Shown: positions 1 through 12,000 of the stretch, piece after piece | How the letters are laid out: each line of letters opens with the position of its first letter | How positions within the stretch are numbered: position 1 is the first letter of the stretch | Assembly (NCBI GenBank): GCA_002269645.1 | Contig: NIVC01000911.1 | Span: 310,001-374,000 of the forward strand | Reading direction: 5' to 3' | Origin: Macrostomum lignano | Taxonomy: Eukaryota | Length of the DNA stretch: 64,000 bases | The notes under the pieces: generated by a model | The model's database searches: none | The model's input: the letters and a program-made list of their open reading frames with translations, nothing else | Told to the model about the DNA's origin: nothing | Position numbers and translations under genes: made by a program

Positions 1-73
1 ATCAAAACACAATAATGCCCGAAGCATCTACTTCTAGTAGCAATGTTAGATAAAAATACAACGATCCTCCTAG

Positions 74-490
74 GGCGACAATGTGAACACAGAGACGCTA
101 CTGAAGCGGGTGAACAAATCCGGCCAGATCCACATGGTCCCAGCCGCTTTGAAAGGCCGCTACATCATCCGTTACACGGTCACCTCGCCCATGACCACCG
201 AAGCTGACTTGGACTTCGACTACTCCGTCATTAGCGACATCGCTGGTCGAGTTTTGGCCGACGTCGGGCGTGAGCAGCAGCTCCAGCAGCAGAAGCAGAA
301 ACAGCTGCTACAACTGCAGCAACAGCAGCAACTGCAGTTGCCGCAGCAACCGATGCCACAGCAGCCGAGACGGCCACCAAAGAGAATCGGCGACTATCGA
401 ATGTCTCTGTTGCTAAGCAACGTGACATCCCAGCCGAAGTTTGTCGACAGCTCGTTCGCCGCTCTTACTGACAGTCGAGAGTTGGCCAGG
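74..490 (+). CDS. Hdc: Histidine decarboxylase-like (group II PLP-dependent decarboxylase), penultimate coding exon
   Basis: Acceptor ctcctag at 73. Translation GDNVNTETLLKRVNKSGQIHMVPAALKGRYIIRYTVTS...DYSVISDIAGRVL resembles the C-terminal domain of DDC/HDC/TDC. The later SLLLSN..PKFVDSSFAA motif resembles the protostome HDC tail as I recall it. Donor AGG|gttggt at 491, phase 0. Confidence 0.72.
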
Positions 491-503
491 GTTGGTGGCT
501 GGT

Positions 504-785
504 CCATCCCTAATCCCATACCCCTAATCCCATATCTTCAATCCAATATCCCTGATCCCCATATACCATATCTCTAATCCCACATCTCAAATCCCATATC
601 CCTGACCACATATCCCATATCCCTAATCCCATACCTCAAATCTCTAATTCGATATCCCATATACCTAATCCCGTATCTCCAATCCCATATCCCTAATCCC
701 ATTTCTCTAATCCTATTTTCCTAATCCCATATCCCTAATCCCATATCTCCAATCCAATATCCCTAGTCCCATACCTCTGATCCTA
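504..785. repeat. Degenerate intronic minisatellite (ATCCCTAATCCCAT-like units)
   Basis: Many imperfect copies of atccctaatccc/atatccc directly after the donor at 491. Confidence 0.85.
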
Positions 786-916
786 TAGCCTTTATATGGC
801 GTTTTTTTCGTAATATCCCTGGTATCGTATCGATAATTCAAAAATCAATAACTTTATTTCGCACGTCGGCTGCTTAATCTCACAAGAAAGCGCATCCTGA
901 ATCCCCAACTATCCAG

Positions 917-1384
917 GACTTCCGCAGCCAGCTGTCCGTGTGGGTGAGCAGTCGACCCTTGTCATTTTCCCCAATCGCCGGGGGTCGTTCGGCGGCCGCC
1001 GCCGCCGCCGCAGCGATGCGCGGTCAGAAAAGTCTCGACTTTGGCGGCGGTTGCCTGCCGCCGCAGTCGCAGAGCTCTTCGACGATGTCGTCTTGTCGGC
1101 GTTTAGTTCGACCTTCTCGTGGCCGTCTGAACTCGCTGGACTCCAAAGTCGACGGCCTGGTGGTGAGCAGCGTCAGCGAGGCGGACGGGGACGCGGAGGC
1201 TGCGGCGGCTGAGGAGGAAGAAGAAGATGAAGAGGAGAGCATCTGCGATGGCGAGGTGGATGAAGAAGACGACGGCGAGGACGCGGATGAAGGCGACAAA
1301 GAGGAAGCTGAGGATGACGCCAACGATTGTGATGAAAGAGGATCAGGATCTGTTGGAGATGACGCCAAGAAGTCCGGCTATTGA
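917..1384 (+). CDS. Hdc: Histidine decarboxylase-like, last coding exon (low-complexity acidic tail)
   Basis: Acceptor atccag at 916, phase 0, in frame with ORF 938-1384. Contains RLNSLDSKVD, similar to the SLDS-x-x-D motif of invertebrate HDC tails, then an Asp/Glu tract and stop TGA at 1382-1384. Confidence 0.6.
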   Translation, partial: DFRSQLSVWVSSRPLSFSPIAGGRSAAAAAAAAMRGQKSLDFGGGCLPPQSQSSSTMSSCRRLVRPSRGRLNSLDSKVDGLVVSSVSEADGDAEAAAAEEEEEDEEESICDGEVDEEDDGEDADEGDKEEAEDDANDCDERGSGSVGDDAKKSGY

Positions 1385-2387
1385 AGGCCGATTATCGATA
1401 GTTTACAGGCTAGGGTTGGTTCAAATTTATTTTACAACTTTGAGAACATTTTCTAACGTCGATTTCTGGTTTGACTTCTGCAGAAATGATATTTTATTGA
1501 ATGGGATTGAATAATTTACTTCAAAGGTTTTATTGGTACTTTTATCAAGTGTTGGAAATTGATTTTAGACCAATAGCTGTATTTAAGTCCACTGTCTGCG
1601 ACCTATAAATTTAGCAATATGCAGTAGTATTTTTCAGTAGTATTTTAGTTTTTCTGCGCTTAAATGTTGCTACATGTATTTCAAATTAACTGATCCTTTG
1701 CTGTTGTATGTTAATGTATTACCTTAGCAAGCTGTGTGCACGCTGTACGCGTATTTATAATCGTAAATAATGTTTCCTATAATAGCTACGGCGGACTGTA
1801 TTTGCACGCCTCTTAGATTCTTAGATTTTTAGAACCTAGCCAAGAACGTTATAATTGTTTTTATTTCCTCTTTATTTGTTTTTGTGTACACTAAGAAAGC
1901 ACATTGGAGTATAATCTTAGATTGTCTCTATCCATCGGCATTGAAACACATCAGACAGAAAAAATTATAGCACTAACAATTTTTTGTTTTTTTTTGTTTA
2001 ATCGCTTAAATGCTACTACGTTAAAAGATATTAATCAGTCATTTCGTCTGCATATCGTAGATGAATATTGTACTTTAGAAATGATTGCACACGGCTATTG
2101 AAATTATTTGTTGCTGTTATTCAAAATTTATTCATTTATTAGTAAAACTAAAATGTTTAAATTAATATTTCATTGACGGACAATATATCAATACGAGTAA
2201 ACTTTTTGTTAGTTTGTTAGTCTGAGCACTTTTAATAGTGCCCAATAAATATTGACTATGGTATTTATTGCCAGATCGACTACTAACAATAGTGCTTCAG
2301 TTTCACGGCCCGCTGAGAAAGTCTATGGTAAAGGTACAAAAATTAGATGTCTATAAAAGACTCGGAAAGTCTATTGGAAAGTTTATA

Positions 2388-2833
2388 TTGGTTTTGTCAG
2401 CCTAACTGAGAATAAAGCCATCCAAAGTGAGAATCCTGCCTACGCTGACTGCGAAGGGCCTGGCTGCGTGCAGCCTTAGTCTATGGGCCATAGACAATAA
2501 AGGACAAGCAAAGTGATAAAAAGCCATCCAATGTGAGAATCGATTGGTCTATGCGTCGTATTCTTTTATTTTTATACCTTCTGAGCCATATGACTAGCCA
2601 ATCCTAGCCTATCCTTTATAGTCTATGGCTCATAGACTAGGCTGGACGCAGCTAGGCCCTTCGTATTCAGCGTAGGCAGGATTCTCACATTGGATGGCTT
2701 TTTATCACTTTGCTTGTCCTTTGTTGTCTATGGCCCATGGACTGGGGCTGCACGCAGCCAGGCCCTTCGCAGTCAGCGTAGGCAGGATTCTCACTTTGGA
2801 TGGCTTTATTCTCAGTTAGGCTGACAAAACCAA
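2388..2833. mobile_element. Foldback/MITE-like element with about 150-bp inverted arms, flanked by TA
   Basis: ttggttttgtcagcctaactgagaataaagccatcc... (2388 onward) is the reverse complement of ...ggatggctttattctcagttaggctgacaaaaccaa (ending 2833). TA lies on both sides. Confidence 0.6.
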
Positions 2834-4656
2834 TACCAGTAACATGTGGTGGTGTATTGCATTTGCAAATTTTATTGGCGGCAGTGATAATGGATGTCTT
2901 TCTGCGATAGCTATACACTTCTATTAGCTATTTAATAATTGTACAGTAAGTTAGTGCAGGCCTCATGAAGCTACCGAATCGACTAACTTTCAAATTTCAA
3001 AGTCACATTTCGCGCCTCGATCTGAGCATCTTCGGACGTTTGTCAAACCGCGACGTACTCGACGTCAACATAAGTCGCTAGAAAATTGGTGTTTTTACGT
3101 TACGCCGACGGATGGCAAGGCTATACCGGTACGTCGGCCGAATGTGGGCGTAATGTAACTTATTTAATAGCGACGTCGAAGCGTTGGCCAATGTCGCCGA
3201 AGTCGGATTTTGCTGTATGGGCCCCGTAAGCATACTGAAACTCAGCATCAGAATTGTGCATCCAGGTCAGAAAAACCCGTCGCGTCACTGGCTAGATCGG
3301 ACACAATCTATATAAATATTTGCTAACTACAGCACAAATTTACATGCAGCATAAATAATATCAGATCGGGATCGAGCAGCTTAACGAAAAACGCATGTGA
3401 CTCTCGCGTCACAATTCAGTTAGGAGCAATTTGCCAGTGGGTTGTCGGTTGTCGTGCGACAACCGACAACCCACAATTAGAACAAATTGTGGCACAATAT
3501 CCGTAAAAAATCGTGTAGTGATTACCGCTGTAAAAATCGATCGCGAAATTTTAGCGTACCCGTCGATGGAAGTCTTTAACAAAGCAGGTAATTTTTATTA
3601 CGCCGACGGATAGCGACGTTTAAAGTAGGATAGCTCGTACTAGTAATCTTCGTTGTATTATATACATATGGTTTACTCGTAGTAAATATAAGTATATATG
3701 TAGCATATATTTCGATAGATTCGAAAAACGAGTTGGCAAGCATATTGCGAATCAAGCCCTCTTAAACGACTAACTGGGTGGGGGGAATTTAGAAACAGAA
3801 AAGTACTGTACAAATTAAGAAGCATTCAAAAAATGTAGAAGGAAAATACGGATTTACCCACTAAAATAGAACGTAATAAACCATATTAGTAGCTGGAAAT
3901 TACACATACAACAATGCATATATCATAACAGCGTACCATTTCATACCATTAGCAACCCTTTCCGAGTGACGCCGATAGACGTCGCAATTATCAGATGCCA
4001 GTAGTTAACACAACTTGTTAACACATGCCAGTAGATTATCGTAAGATATTGAGAAATAGCATTAATATTTTACGTGAAAATAACATGGATAAATACAGAA
4101 TGTGATAGACAAACACCTATAATTGATTGGACAACTATAGACACTATTAGCACGATTCAAAGACGAATTAATTGGATCTTTAAGTGAATTAATTTACTGA
4201 TTTTCCAATTAAATGTATGATCATATGCACTGAAATTACAGTGCTTTCTGAACAGTTTAGATCAGCACAACGCAAATGTAAATATAATTTAATTCAATAT
4301 TAAAAAATTGAATGACACGAAGTTCATGTTTTGTTTTTAGTTCACGTTAAGGTCGTTATGAGGACTTACATTATAAAGTTCTTTTATACCACCTTCATGC
4401 ACTTATGACCTATGAGCCACTAAATTACACGATTGACGAAAAACGAGCACAAGCCATGTGACAAGGACCACTCTAAAAGTTACCGTTGTCTACGTTGTTG
4501 TGTTTTTATGGTAACTTCTAGTGGTCCTTGCCATGTGATCGCTATTAAAATTAGCTTCGCTGAATGAAGGTGTGATCGAGTCCTAGAAAGTTTTCTATAC
4601 TTCAACTATGCCCTTGCAATACTTGCTTCTGAGGAGGTTAGAGTACAACAGATATA

Positions 4657-6483
4657 TTAAAGCGTCTCTAGTATTATGCCAGGAACTCTACCAGGCTTAC
4701 TGACATATACAACGACATCGTAAATATTTTCAATTTCACTTCTATCATTGGAATTACCGTTTAGAACGATGTCAGTTGCTGGTTGCCGAGTCGTTCGTAA
4801 TCGTCGCGAACGCCGGCGGAGCCAGAATCCAAGCGCTATCAAAGCGCCACAACCGAGCACTACAGCAGACAGCAGCAGAGCCAGTCGACGATAGAAACTT
4901 GCCGGATCGACGCTTTCAGCGATCAAATCAAAGTTCACCATCATCTTCTTAAGGCTCTCTGGCCTATCTGAGTTAATCATCTGGTCTTCGAATGCAGTAG
5001 AGTAGAAACAAGTCGGATCTTCAGCACAGATCGTGTCGCTACCGTTGTACCCCACTTTCCGAGAGTATCTTACCAGTTCTATATGGTCGAGGACTTCAAT
5101 TTCAGGGTAGTGATAGTTAAACACCGCGGTGAGTGAACCCGATTTCTTTGACGCTTGTTCCTTAAAAAGGTTCAATAAATTTGGCGTGCTCTTCATGGCG
5201 GCAACGTTTACGCTAAAAATGAGTTGACCATTTTTATTGTCATACTCGATGCTCAATGCGTCTTGCCAACCGCGTTCGATCAGGAATGCTCGTGTAAGCG
5301 CGAGTCCGTTCAGACTGAAATGTCCAGTAAAGCGAGCTCCAGAAGATGTTACAGACTCAAGGAACCGTCGCTCCATAGAAAACTTCCAGTCAATGCGACT
5401 GTAAATCAGGCACAGATGTTTCCATGAGCAGTGACTCGCACTGCTAGCTGTGACATGGACTTGTGGGAGAATTTCGGGAACTAAAACGATGTGGGAGCGA
5501 GCACGCATCCAGTACATCGGCAGTTCGGGCTCACCGTCTTGTATAGATTTCACTGTACATACAAAAGTATTTGCGTCTTCAAAGGAAGCTGAAGTATTTA
5601 TTCCGTAGAAACGATTCAAATTATTTTCAGCCGGAGGTAAGTATACAGTCTGTTTAGTAAGAATCGACGAAAACTGCGAGTTTCTTTGAGTTTTAGTTTT
5701 ATAATTGACACTTATTCGCGTGTCTGCTTGGTCAGACACTTCTGTCTCGCAAGTCAGATTTATGCTGTCACCCTCAGCTACCAAAACTCGATCTGGAGGG
5801 TACCTCAGCCTCTGTGGTGGAACAACTACACGAACTTGTATATGTGCAGACACTCCTCCTGCTCTGCACATGTAGTCACCACCGTGACTTTTCTGCGACA
5901 GTTTCTTTGGCAGTTCGATCACGTGACCTCCAGTCGCGATCTTTATTCTATTGGCAAGCGTTGTCCATTGCTTAGTAGGGTAACCTGTTGACAATTCAGC
6001 AATCAGAGACTGATTTTTGTGGTAAAACTCGGATTGACGACTCCCGATCGCCGAGTTGCACACAATCGGACAAGCTAAATGAGAGCGCACCATTCCTGAT
6101 CGAAGAGTTACACTTCTTCTTTTCTTACCAACAAGACTGCATTTTGCACCGCGAACTACAAGTGGTGTTCCAGCCTCCTTTGTGCTTGGAAGAGACAAGC
6201 GTCCAACTCTTCGGCGAACCTCGTAAGGTTCCCGTTCGCCAGAAAGTGACAGAATGACGCAAAATGTGACGTCTCCTGTGCTGCGTTGTTTCATTACATC
6301 CATGAAGCCAATTGAGAACAATTTCAATCTACCTGTAGCCACGTCCAGTTGTGCATGCCGCATCAGATCCAAGTTCCACTGGTCTAGCTTCGTGTAGAAA
6401 TTATTTGTTAGAATAACTGATCGGCTGAACTGCAGATTCTGACAATGGTCTGGACTGAGCGCAAGGCCTACATTGATCAATGG
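4657..6483 (-). CDS. Ig-domain type I membrane protein, copy 1, main exon (Ig domains, TM, tail)
   Basis: 610-aa ORF with Ig motifs (HLACP...W...GGDYMCRAG; SINLTCE...FVCTV), hydrophobic TM LALLLSAVVLGCGALIALGFWL followed by RRRSRR, and a tail containing ENIYDVV. The 3' end may be spliced at a gtaagc donor near 4698. Confidence 0.8.
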   Translation of the reverse strand, partial: PLINVGLALSPDHCQNLQFSRSVILTNNFYTKLDQWNLDLMRHAQLDVATGRLKLFSIGFMDVMKQRSTGDVTFCVILSLSGEREPYEVRRRVGRLSLPSTKEAGTPLVVRGAKCSLVGKKRRSVTLRSGMVRSHLACPIVCNSAIGSRQSEFYHKNQSLIAELSTGYPTKQWTTLANRIKIATGGHVIELPKKLSQKSHGGDYMCRAGGVSAHIQVRVVVPPQRLRYPPDRVLVAEGDSINLTCETEVSDQADTRISVNYKTKTQRNSQFSSILTKQTVYLPPAENNLNRFYGINTSASFEDANTFVCTVKSIQDGEPELPMYWMRARSHIVLVPEILPQVHVTASSASHCSWKHLCLIYSRIDWKFSMERRFLESVTSSGARFTGHFSLNGLALTRAFLIERGWQDALSIEYDNKNGQLIFSVNVAAMKSTPNLLNLFKEQASKKSGSLTAVFNYHYPEIEVLDHIELVRYSRKVGYNGSDTICAEDPTCFYSTAFEDQMINSDRPESLKKMMVNFDLIAESVDPASFYRRLALLLSAVVLGCGALIALGFWLRRRSRRLRTTRQPATDIVLNGNSNDRSEIENIYDVVVYVSKPGRVPGIILETL

Positions 6484-6561
6484 CTGCAAGAATGGAGGAG
6501 CTGACTTGATCAGGTTGACTTAATTATCACTTATGATTTGGACACTTTGCGCTGTGTCCAC

Positions 6562-7158
6562 CTCTGACTCGATCATGCCTCGCGAAAACAAAGCATTCAG
6601 TATTTCCGATGCATTGTGAACCAAAGTAGGAATTTTCAACCAAGCATCCATGGTCCAAACGTAGAGTCGACCGCTTTCCATCAGAATCGTGCCATCGAAG
6701 CCTTTCCATACCACCTGCAGAATCAGCGCATCGCTAAACTTCCCGGCGAGAGCTGATCTTTCGAAACGCCAGTTGGATTTTTCAACAAGTCTAATCAGTA
6801 ATTCTGTGCGGTCTATTGAGAACAGCTCGAAAGGACTGCCGGCTGTCAAGCAAAGCTTCTCATTCCTTGTCGTTACCAGCCGATCTTTAAAGTTCCCCTG
6901 TAGTAAAGCAGTTTCAGAAGCACCTTGTTTACATTTATATCGCAGATAAATACTGTTGTACGCTTCGATATGCTTCGCTAATGAAGGAAAGTCAACTTTG
7001 ATTTTGAGCACGTGACTGGGTGACTCAGCAGATAAAACGGCCAGCTGTGCTGTTCTCTGTTGACTAGCAAACCATGTGTCGCCCCACATCAGCAAATTCT
7101 GGTTGTTGGATGCTACCAGAGCGAAATCCATTTGTAAAAGCAGCGCTGTAGCAACAAT
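6562..7158 (-). CDS. Ig-domain membrane protein copy 1, exon encoding end of signal peptide and variable N-terminal domain
   Basis: Acceptor cattcag, then IVATALLLQMDFALVAS...WGDTWF. Length is 597 nt, the same as the equivalent exon of copy 2. Putative donor GAG|gtggac at 6561. Confidence 0.65.
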
Positions 7159-7421
7159 CTGAATGAGTTGTAAATGAATTAATTTGTCAATAGAAATGAA
7201 AAGCAATGCAAAATTGTTTAGAAAATTTATTGCAAACGTTGGCTCAGTATCTAATATAGCTAAGCTGTTGGTAAAATTGAGGAGATACTTATCATCTGCC
7301 TATTTGTCAACCGACGGATTCTGGTCTTTAGTGTATATGCAAGTAGACTTTAGATTTTCTACAAGGTACTATACTATTTAAGTAGGAAAAATTTCCAAAA
7401 AAATATAGAATTTTTATTTAC

Positions 7422-7439
7422 CAAAACATTCAGTGGCAT
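7422..7439 (-). CDS. Putative first micro-exon (MPLNVL) of Ig-receptor copy 1
   Basis: aacgccATG context and TTG|gtaaat donor. Phase-0 joining gives a plausible signal peptide MPLNVLIVATALLLQMDFALVA. Confidence 0.35.
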
Positions 7440-8115
7440 GGCGTTGTCGAGAAGAATTTTCTTCCAGAAGAACCACTACAAAAACCTGTCGTCTGTATTG
7501 TGCTTTGTGTGACAGATTGATTTTTAGTAAAACAGTTGCTCCTTAGAACGCTACTTGGACATTGCAGTTATATTCCAGGTTATTAGCAGATTAAATAGTG
7601 ACCCATGCTAAAAATGTTCTTCAATTTTAAGGATTGATATGATATACAATTATAGTAGCTAAGTTCAGCATTCTACGCTCGTAGAATGAACTAAAGTTAT
7701 AATGGCTAAGTCATCAGTCGCAGTGATGTTCACTTGGCGGAATTCTAACTTTTGCAGAAGCTTTGCCTTCTGTCACAGCTATATTTCTTATATTTCTTAT
7801 TTTACGCTTGGTACCGCAACCTGCTTCTAAAATTTACAGATCGTACGCGCACGTAATGACAAGAGAGAAAAGTTCATTTTTAGAAAACATTACTAGCAAT
7901 CTACGCCCCCCGTTGGGGAGCCAAAGAAATGCAATACACGTTTTTTTAATAAGCTACATGTATCCTTGAAATCTTAAAAAATCTCCTGTCAAACCTTGTA
8001 AGCCTTGAAATGTCAGTTATCCCCCCCCACAAGCTTTAACATATCAACTTCCCCCCTTGACATCTCAGCAATGCCCCCAATAAGCCTTGGAAATCTAAAA
8101 ATATCTGTCAACCTT

Positions 8116-8177
8116 CTAACCCTAACCCTAGCCTAACCCTAACCCTAACCCTAACCCTAACCCTAACCTAACCCTAA
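8116..8177 (-). repeat. Interstitial telomeric repeat (TTAGGG)n inside element A
   Basis: About 10 CCCTAA units with variants. Confidence 0.9.
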
Positions 8178-9079
8178 AGCATTGAAATTTCAGTAATTCT
8201 CTCTAAGAGTCATTATAGCACTACTACAGCATTATAGTGATTCCCTGCAAGCCTCAACATCGTAGGGATTCCCAAATGAATCTCTTAACTTTGACATGAA
8301 GCTTCTTTTATTTTTTACATTACGCTTTTTTATCAGCGATCCCTCCCCTGAGGAGGCATCAAATAATGTAATAAAAAGTTTTCAATAAACTACATGTAGC
8401 TTCTGACTTTAGCCTTGAAATCTCATTTATACCCCCGTGAGCCTTGACATCTCAGCTATTCCCCCCGTAAGCCTTGACATGTCAGCAATGGCCCCCATAA
8501 ACCTTGAAATCTAAAAAATCCCCTGTTAACCTTGAAACCCGATAAAATATAACCCTCAACCCACACCTGACCTAAACCTAACTTTAACCCAACCTAAAGC
8601 CTTGAAATCTCAGCAATTCTTCTCCCCTAAGCCTTGACATTTTAGTGATTCTTTCTTTAAGAATCACAGCACCATAACGATTTCCACCAAGCTTTGACAT
8701 CGTAGCAATTCCCAAATGAATCTTTTAACTTCGACATGACTTTTCTTTTATGTATACATAGTGCCACTTTTATTTTTTACATGACTTTTCTTCTATCAGC
8801 GCCCCCCCGTGACGAGCCAACAAAGAATGCAATAAAAAATGGAGTAAAGTACATGAACTTTGAAGTAGCTTCTGACTTTTGCTTTGACATCTCAGAAACC
8901 CCCCCCCGTAATCTCAGTTATTCTCTGAGAGCCTTTACGTCTCAGTTTTTCTCCCCAGCACAGCATTATAGTTGCATTTAATTTTTACATGAACCCTTCA
9001 TGTCTGACATGACGTTTCTTTTATTCTACCGTGACGCTTCTTAATTTTTTAAATGACACTTTCATTAGTTTTAAATGAG

Positions 9080-12000
9080 GCTTCCATGATTTTTTCTTGA
9101 CGCTTCTATGATTTTTACATGACGCTTCTATGATTTTTATATGACGCTTCTATGATTGTTTACATGGCGCTTCTATGATTGTTTACATGACGCTTCTATG
9201 ATTTTTTTACATGACGCTTCTATGATTTTTTACATGACGCTTCTATGATTGTTTACATGACGCTTCTATGATTGTTTACATGACGCTTCTATGATTGTTT
9301 ACATGACGCTTCTATGATTGTTTACATGACGCTTCTAAGATTTTTTACATGACGCTTCTACGATTTTTTACATAACGCTTCTATGATTGTTTACATGACG
9401 CTTCTATGATTTTTTAAATGACGCTTCTATGATTGTTTACATGATGCTTCTACGATTTTTATATGACGCTTCTATGATTTTTTACATGACGCTTCTATGA
9501 TTTTTTAATGACGCTTCTATGATTTTTACATGACGCTTCTATGATTGTTTACATGACGCTTCTATGATTTTTTAAATGACGCTTCTCTGATTGTTTACAT
9601 GACGCTTCTACGATTTTTATATGACGCTTCTATGATTTTTTGAATGACGCTTCCATGATTTTTTAAATGACGCTTCTATGATTGTTTACATGACGCTTCT
9701 ATGATTGTTTACATGACGCTTCTACGATTTTTATATGACGCTTCTATGATTTTTTAAAAGACGCTTCTATGATTTTTTAATGACGCTTCTATAATTTTTT
9801 ACATGACGCTTCTATGATTTTTTACATGACGCTTCTATGATTTTATACATGACGCTTCTATGATTGTTTACATGACGCTTCTATGATTGTTTACATGACG
9901 CTTCTATGATTTTTTAAATGACGCTTCTATGATTGTTTACATGACGCTTCTATGATTTTTATATGACGCTTCTATGATTTTTTACATGACGCTTCTATGA
10001 TTGTTTACATGACGCTTCTATGATTGTTTACATGACGCTTCTACGATTTTTATATGACGCTTCTATGATTGTTTACATGACGCTTCTACGATTTTTTACA
10101 TGACGCTTCTATGATTGTTTACATGACGCTTCTATGATTTTTTAAATGACGCTTCTATGATTGTTTACATGACGATTCTACGATTTTTATATGACGCTTC
10201 TATGATTTTTTACATGACGCTTCTATGATTGTTTACATGACGCTTCTACGATTTTTACATGACGCTTTTATGATTTTTTGAATGACGCTTCTATGATTTT
10301 TTAAATGACGCTTCTATGATTGTTTACATGACGCTTCTATGATTGTTTACATGACGTTTCTACGATTTTTTACATGACGCTTCTATGATTGTTTACATGA
10401 CGTTTCTACGATTTTTTACATGACGCTTCTATGATTGTTTACATGACGCTTCTATGATTGTTTACATGACGCTTCTACGATTTTTATATGACGCTTCTAT
10501 GATTTTTTGAATGACGCTTCCATGATTTTTTAAACGACGCTTCTATGATTGTTTACATGACGCTTCTATGATTGTTTACATGACGCTTCTATGATTGTTT
10601 ACATGAGGCTTCTACGATTTTTATATGACGCTTCTTTGATTTTTTAAAAGACGCTTCTACGATTTTTTAATGACGCTTCTATGATTGTTTACATGACGCT
10701 TCTACGATTTTTATATGACGCTTCTATGATTTTTTAAAAGACGCTTCTATGATTTTTTAATGACGCTTCTATGATTTTTTACATGACGCTTCTATGATTT
10801 TTTAAATGACTCATCTATGATATTTATATGAAGCTTCTACGATTTTTTGAATGACGCTTCTATGATTTTTTACATGACGCTTCTATGATTTTTATATGAC
10901 GCTTCTATGATTTTTTACATGACGCTTCTATGATTTTTTAAATGACGCTTCTATGATTGTTTACATGACGCTTCTACGATTTTTATATGACGCTTCTATG
11001 ATTTTTTGAATGACGCTTCCATGATTTTTTAAACGACGCTTCTATGATTGTTTACATGACGCTTCTATGATTGTTTACATGACGCTTCTATGATTGTTTA
11101 CATGACGCTTCTACGATTTTTATATGACGCTTCTATGATTTTTTAAAAGACGCTTCTATGATTTTTTAATGACGCTTCTATGATTTTTTACATGACACTT
11201 CTACGATTTTTTACATGACGCTTCTATGATTGTTTACATGACGCTTCTACGATTTTTATATGACGCTTCTATGATTGTTTACATGACGCTTATATGATTT
11301 TTTAATGACGCTTCTATGATTTTTTAAATGACGCATCTATGATTTTTATATGACGCTTCTATGATTTTTTACATGACGCTTCTATGATTGTTTACATGAC
11401 GCTTCTATGATTTTTTAAATGACGCTTCTATGATTTTTTAATGACGCTTCTATGATTTTTTAAATGACCCATCTATGATATTTATATGACGCTTCTACGA
11501 TTTTTTGAATGACGCTTCTATGATTTTTGAAATGACGCTTTTATGATTTTTATATGACGCTTCTACGATTTTTTACATGACGCTTCTATGATTGTTTACA
11601 TGACGCTTCTATAATTTTTTACATGACGCTTTTATGATTTTTATATGACGCTTCTATGATTGTTTACATGACGCTTCTATGATTGTTTACATGACGCTTC
11701 TATGATTTTTTAAATGACGCTTCTATGTTTGTTTACATGATGCTTCTACGATTTTTATATGACGCTTCTATGATTTTTTAAATGACGCTTCTATGATTTT
11801 TTAATGACGCTTCTACGATTTTTACATGACGCTTCTATGATTTTTTAAATGACGCTTCTATGATTGTTTACATGACGCTTCTACGATTTTTATATAACGC
11901 TTCTATGATTTTTTGAATGACGCTTCCAGGATTTTTTAAATGACGCTTCTATGATTGTTTACATGACGCTTCTATGATTGTTTACATGACGCTTCTATGA

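Noticed and set aside
4455-4535. Small inverted repeat (acaaggaccact...agtggtccttg)
   Set aside because: Arms are only about 25 bp and imperfect, with no clear TSD. Too weak to call an element.
6520-6522. TAA decoded as Tyr (alternative flatworm mitochondrial code)
   Set aside because: The locus is nuclear, with spliceosomal introns and standard code elsewhere. A 78-nt intron explains the stop more simply.
8116-8177. True chromosome end or telomere fusion
   Set aside because: The tracts are short, internal and have identical element-derived flanks in three copies.
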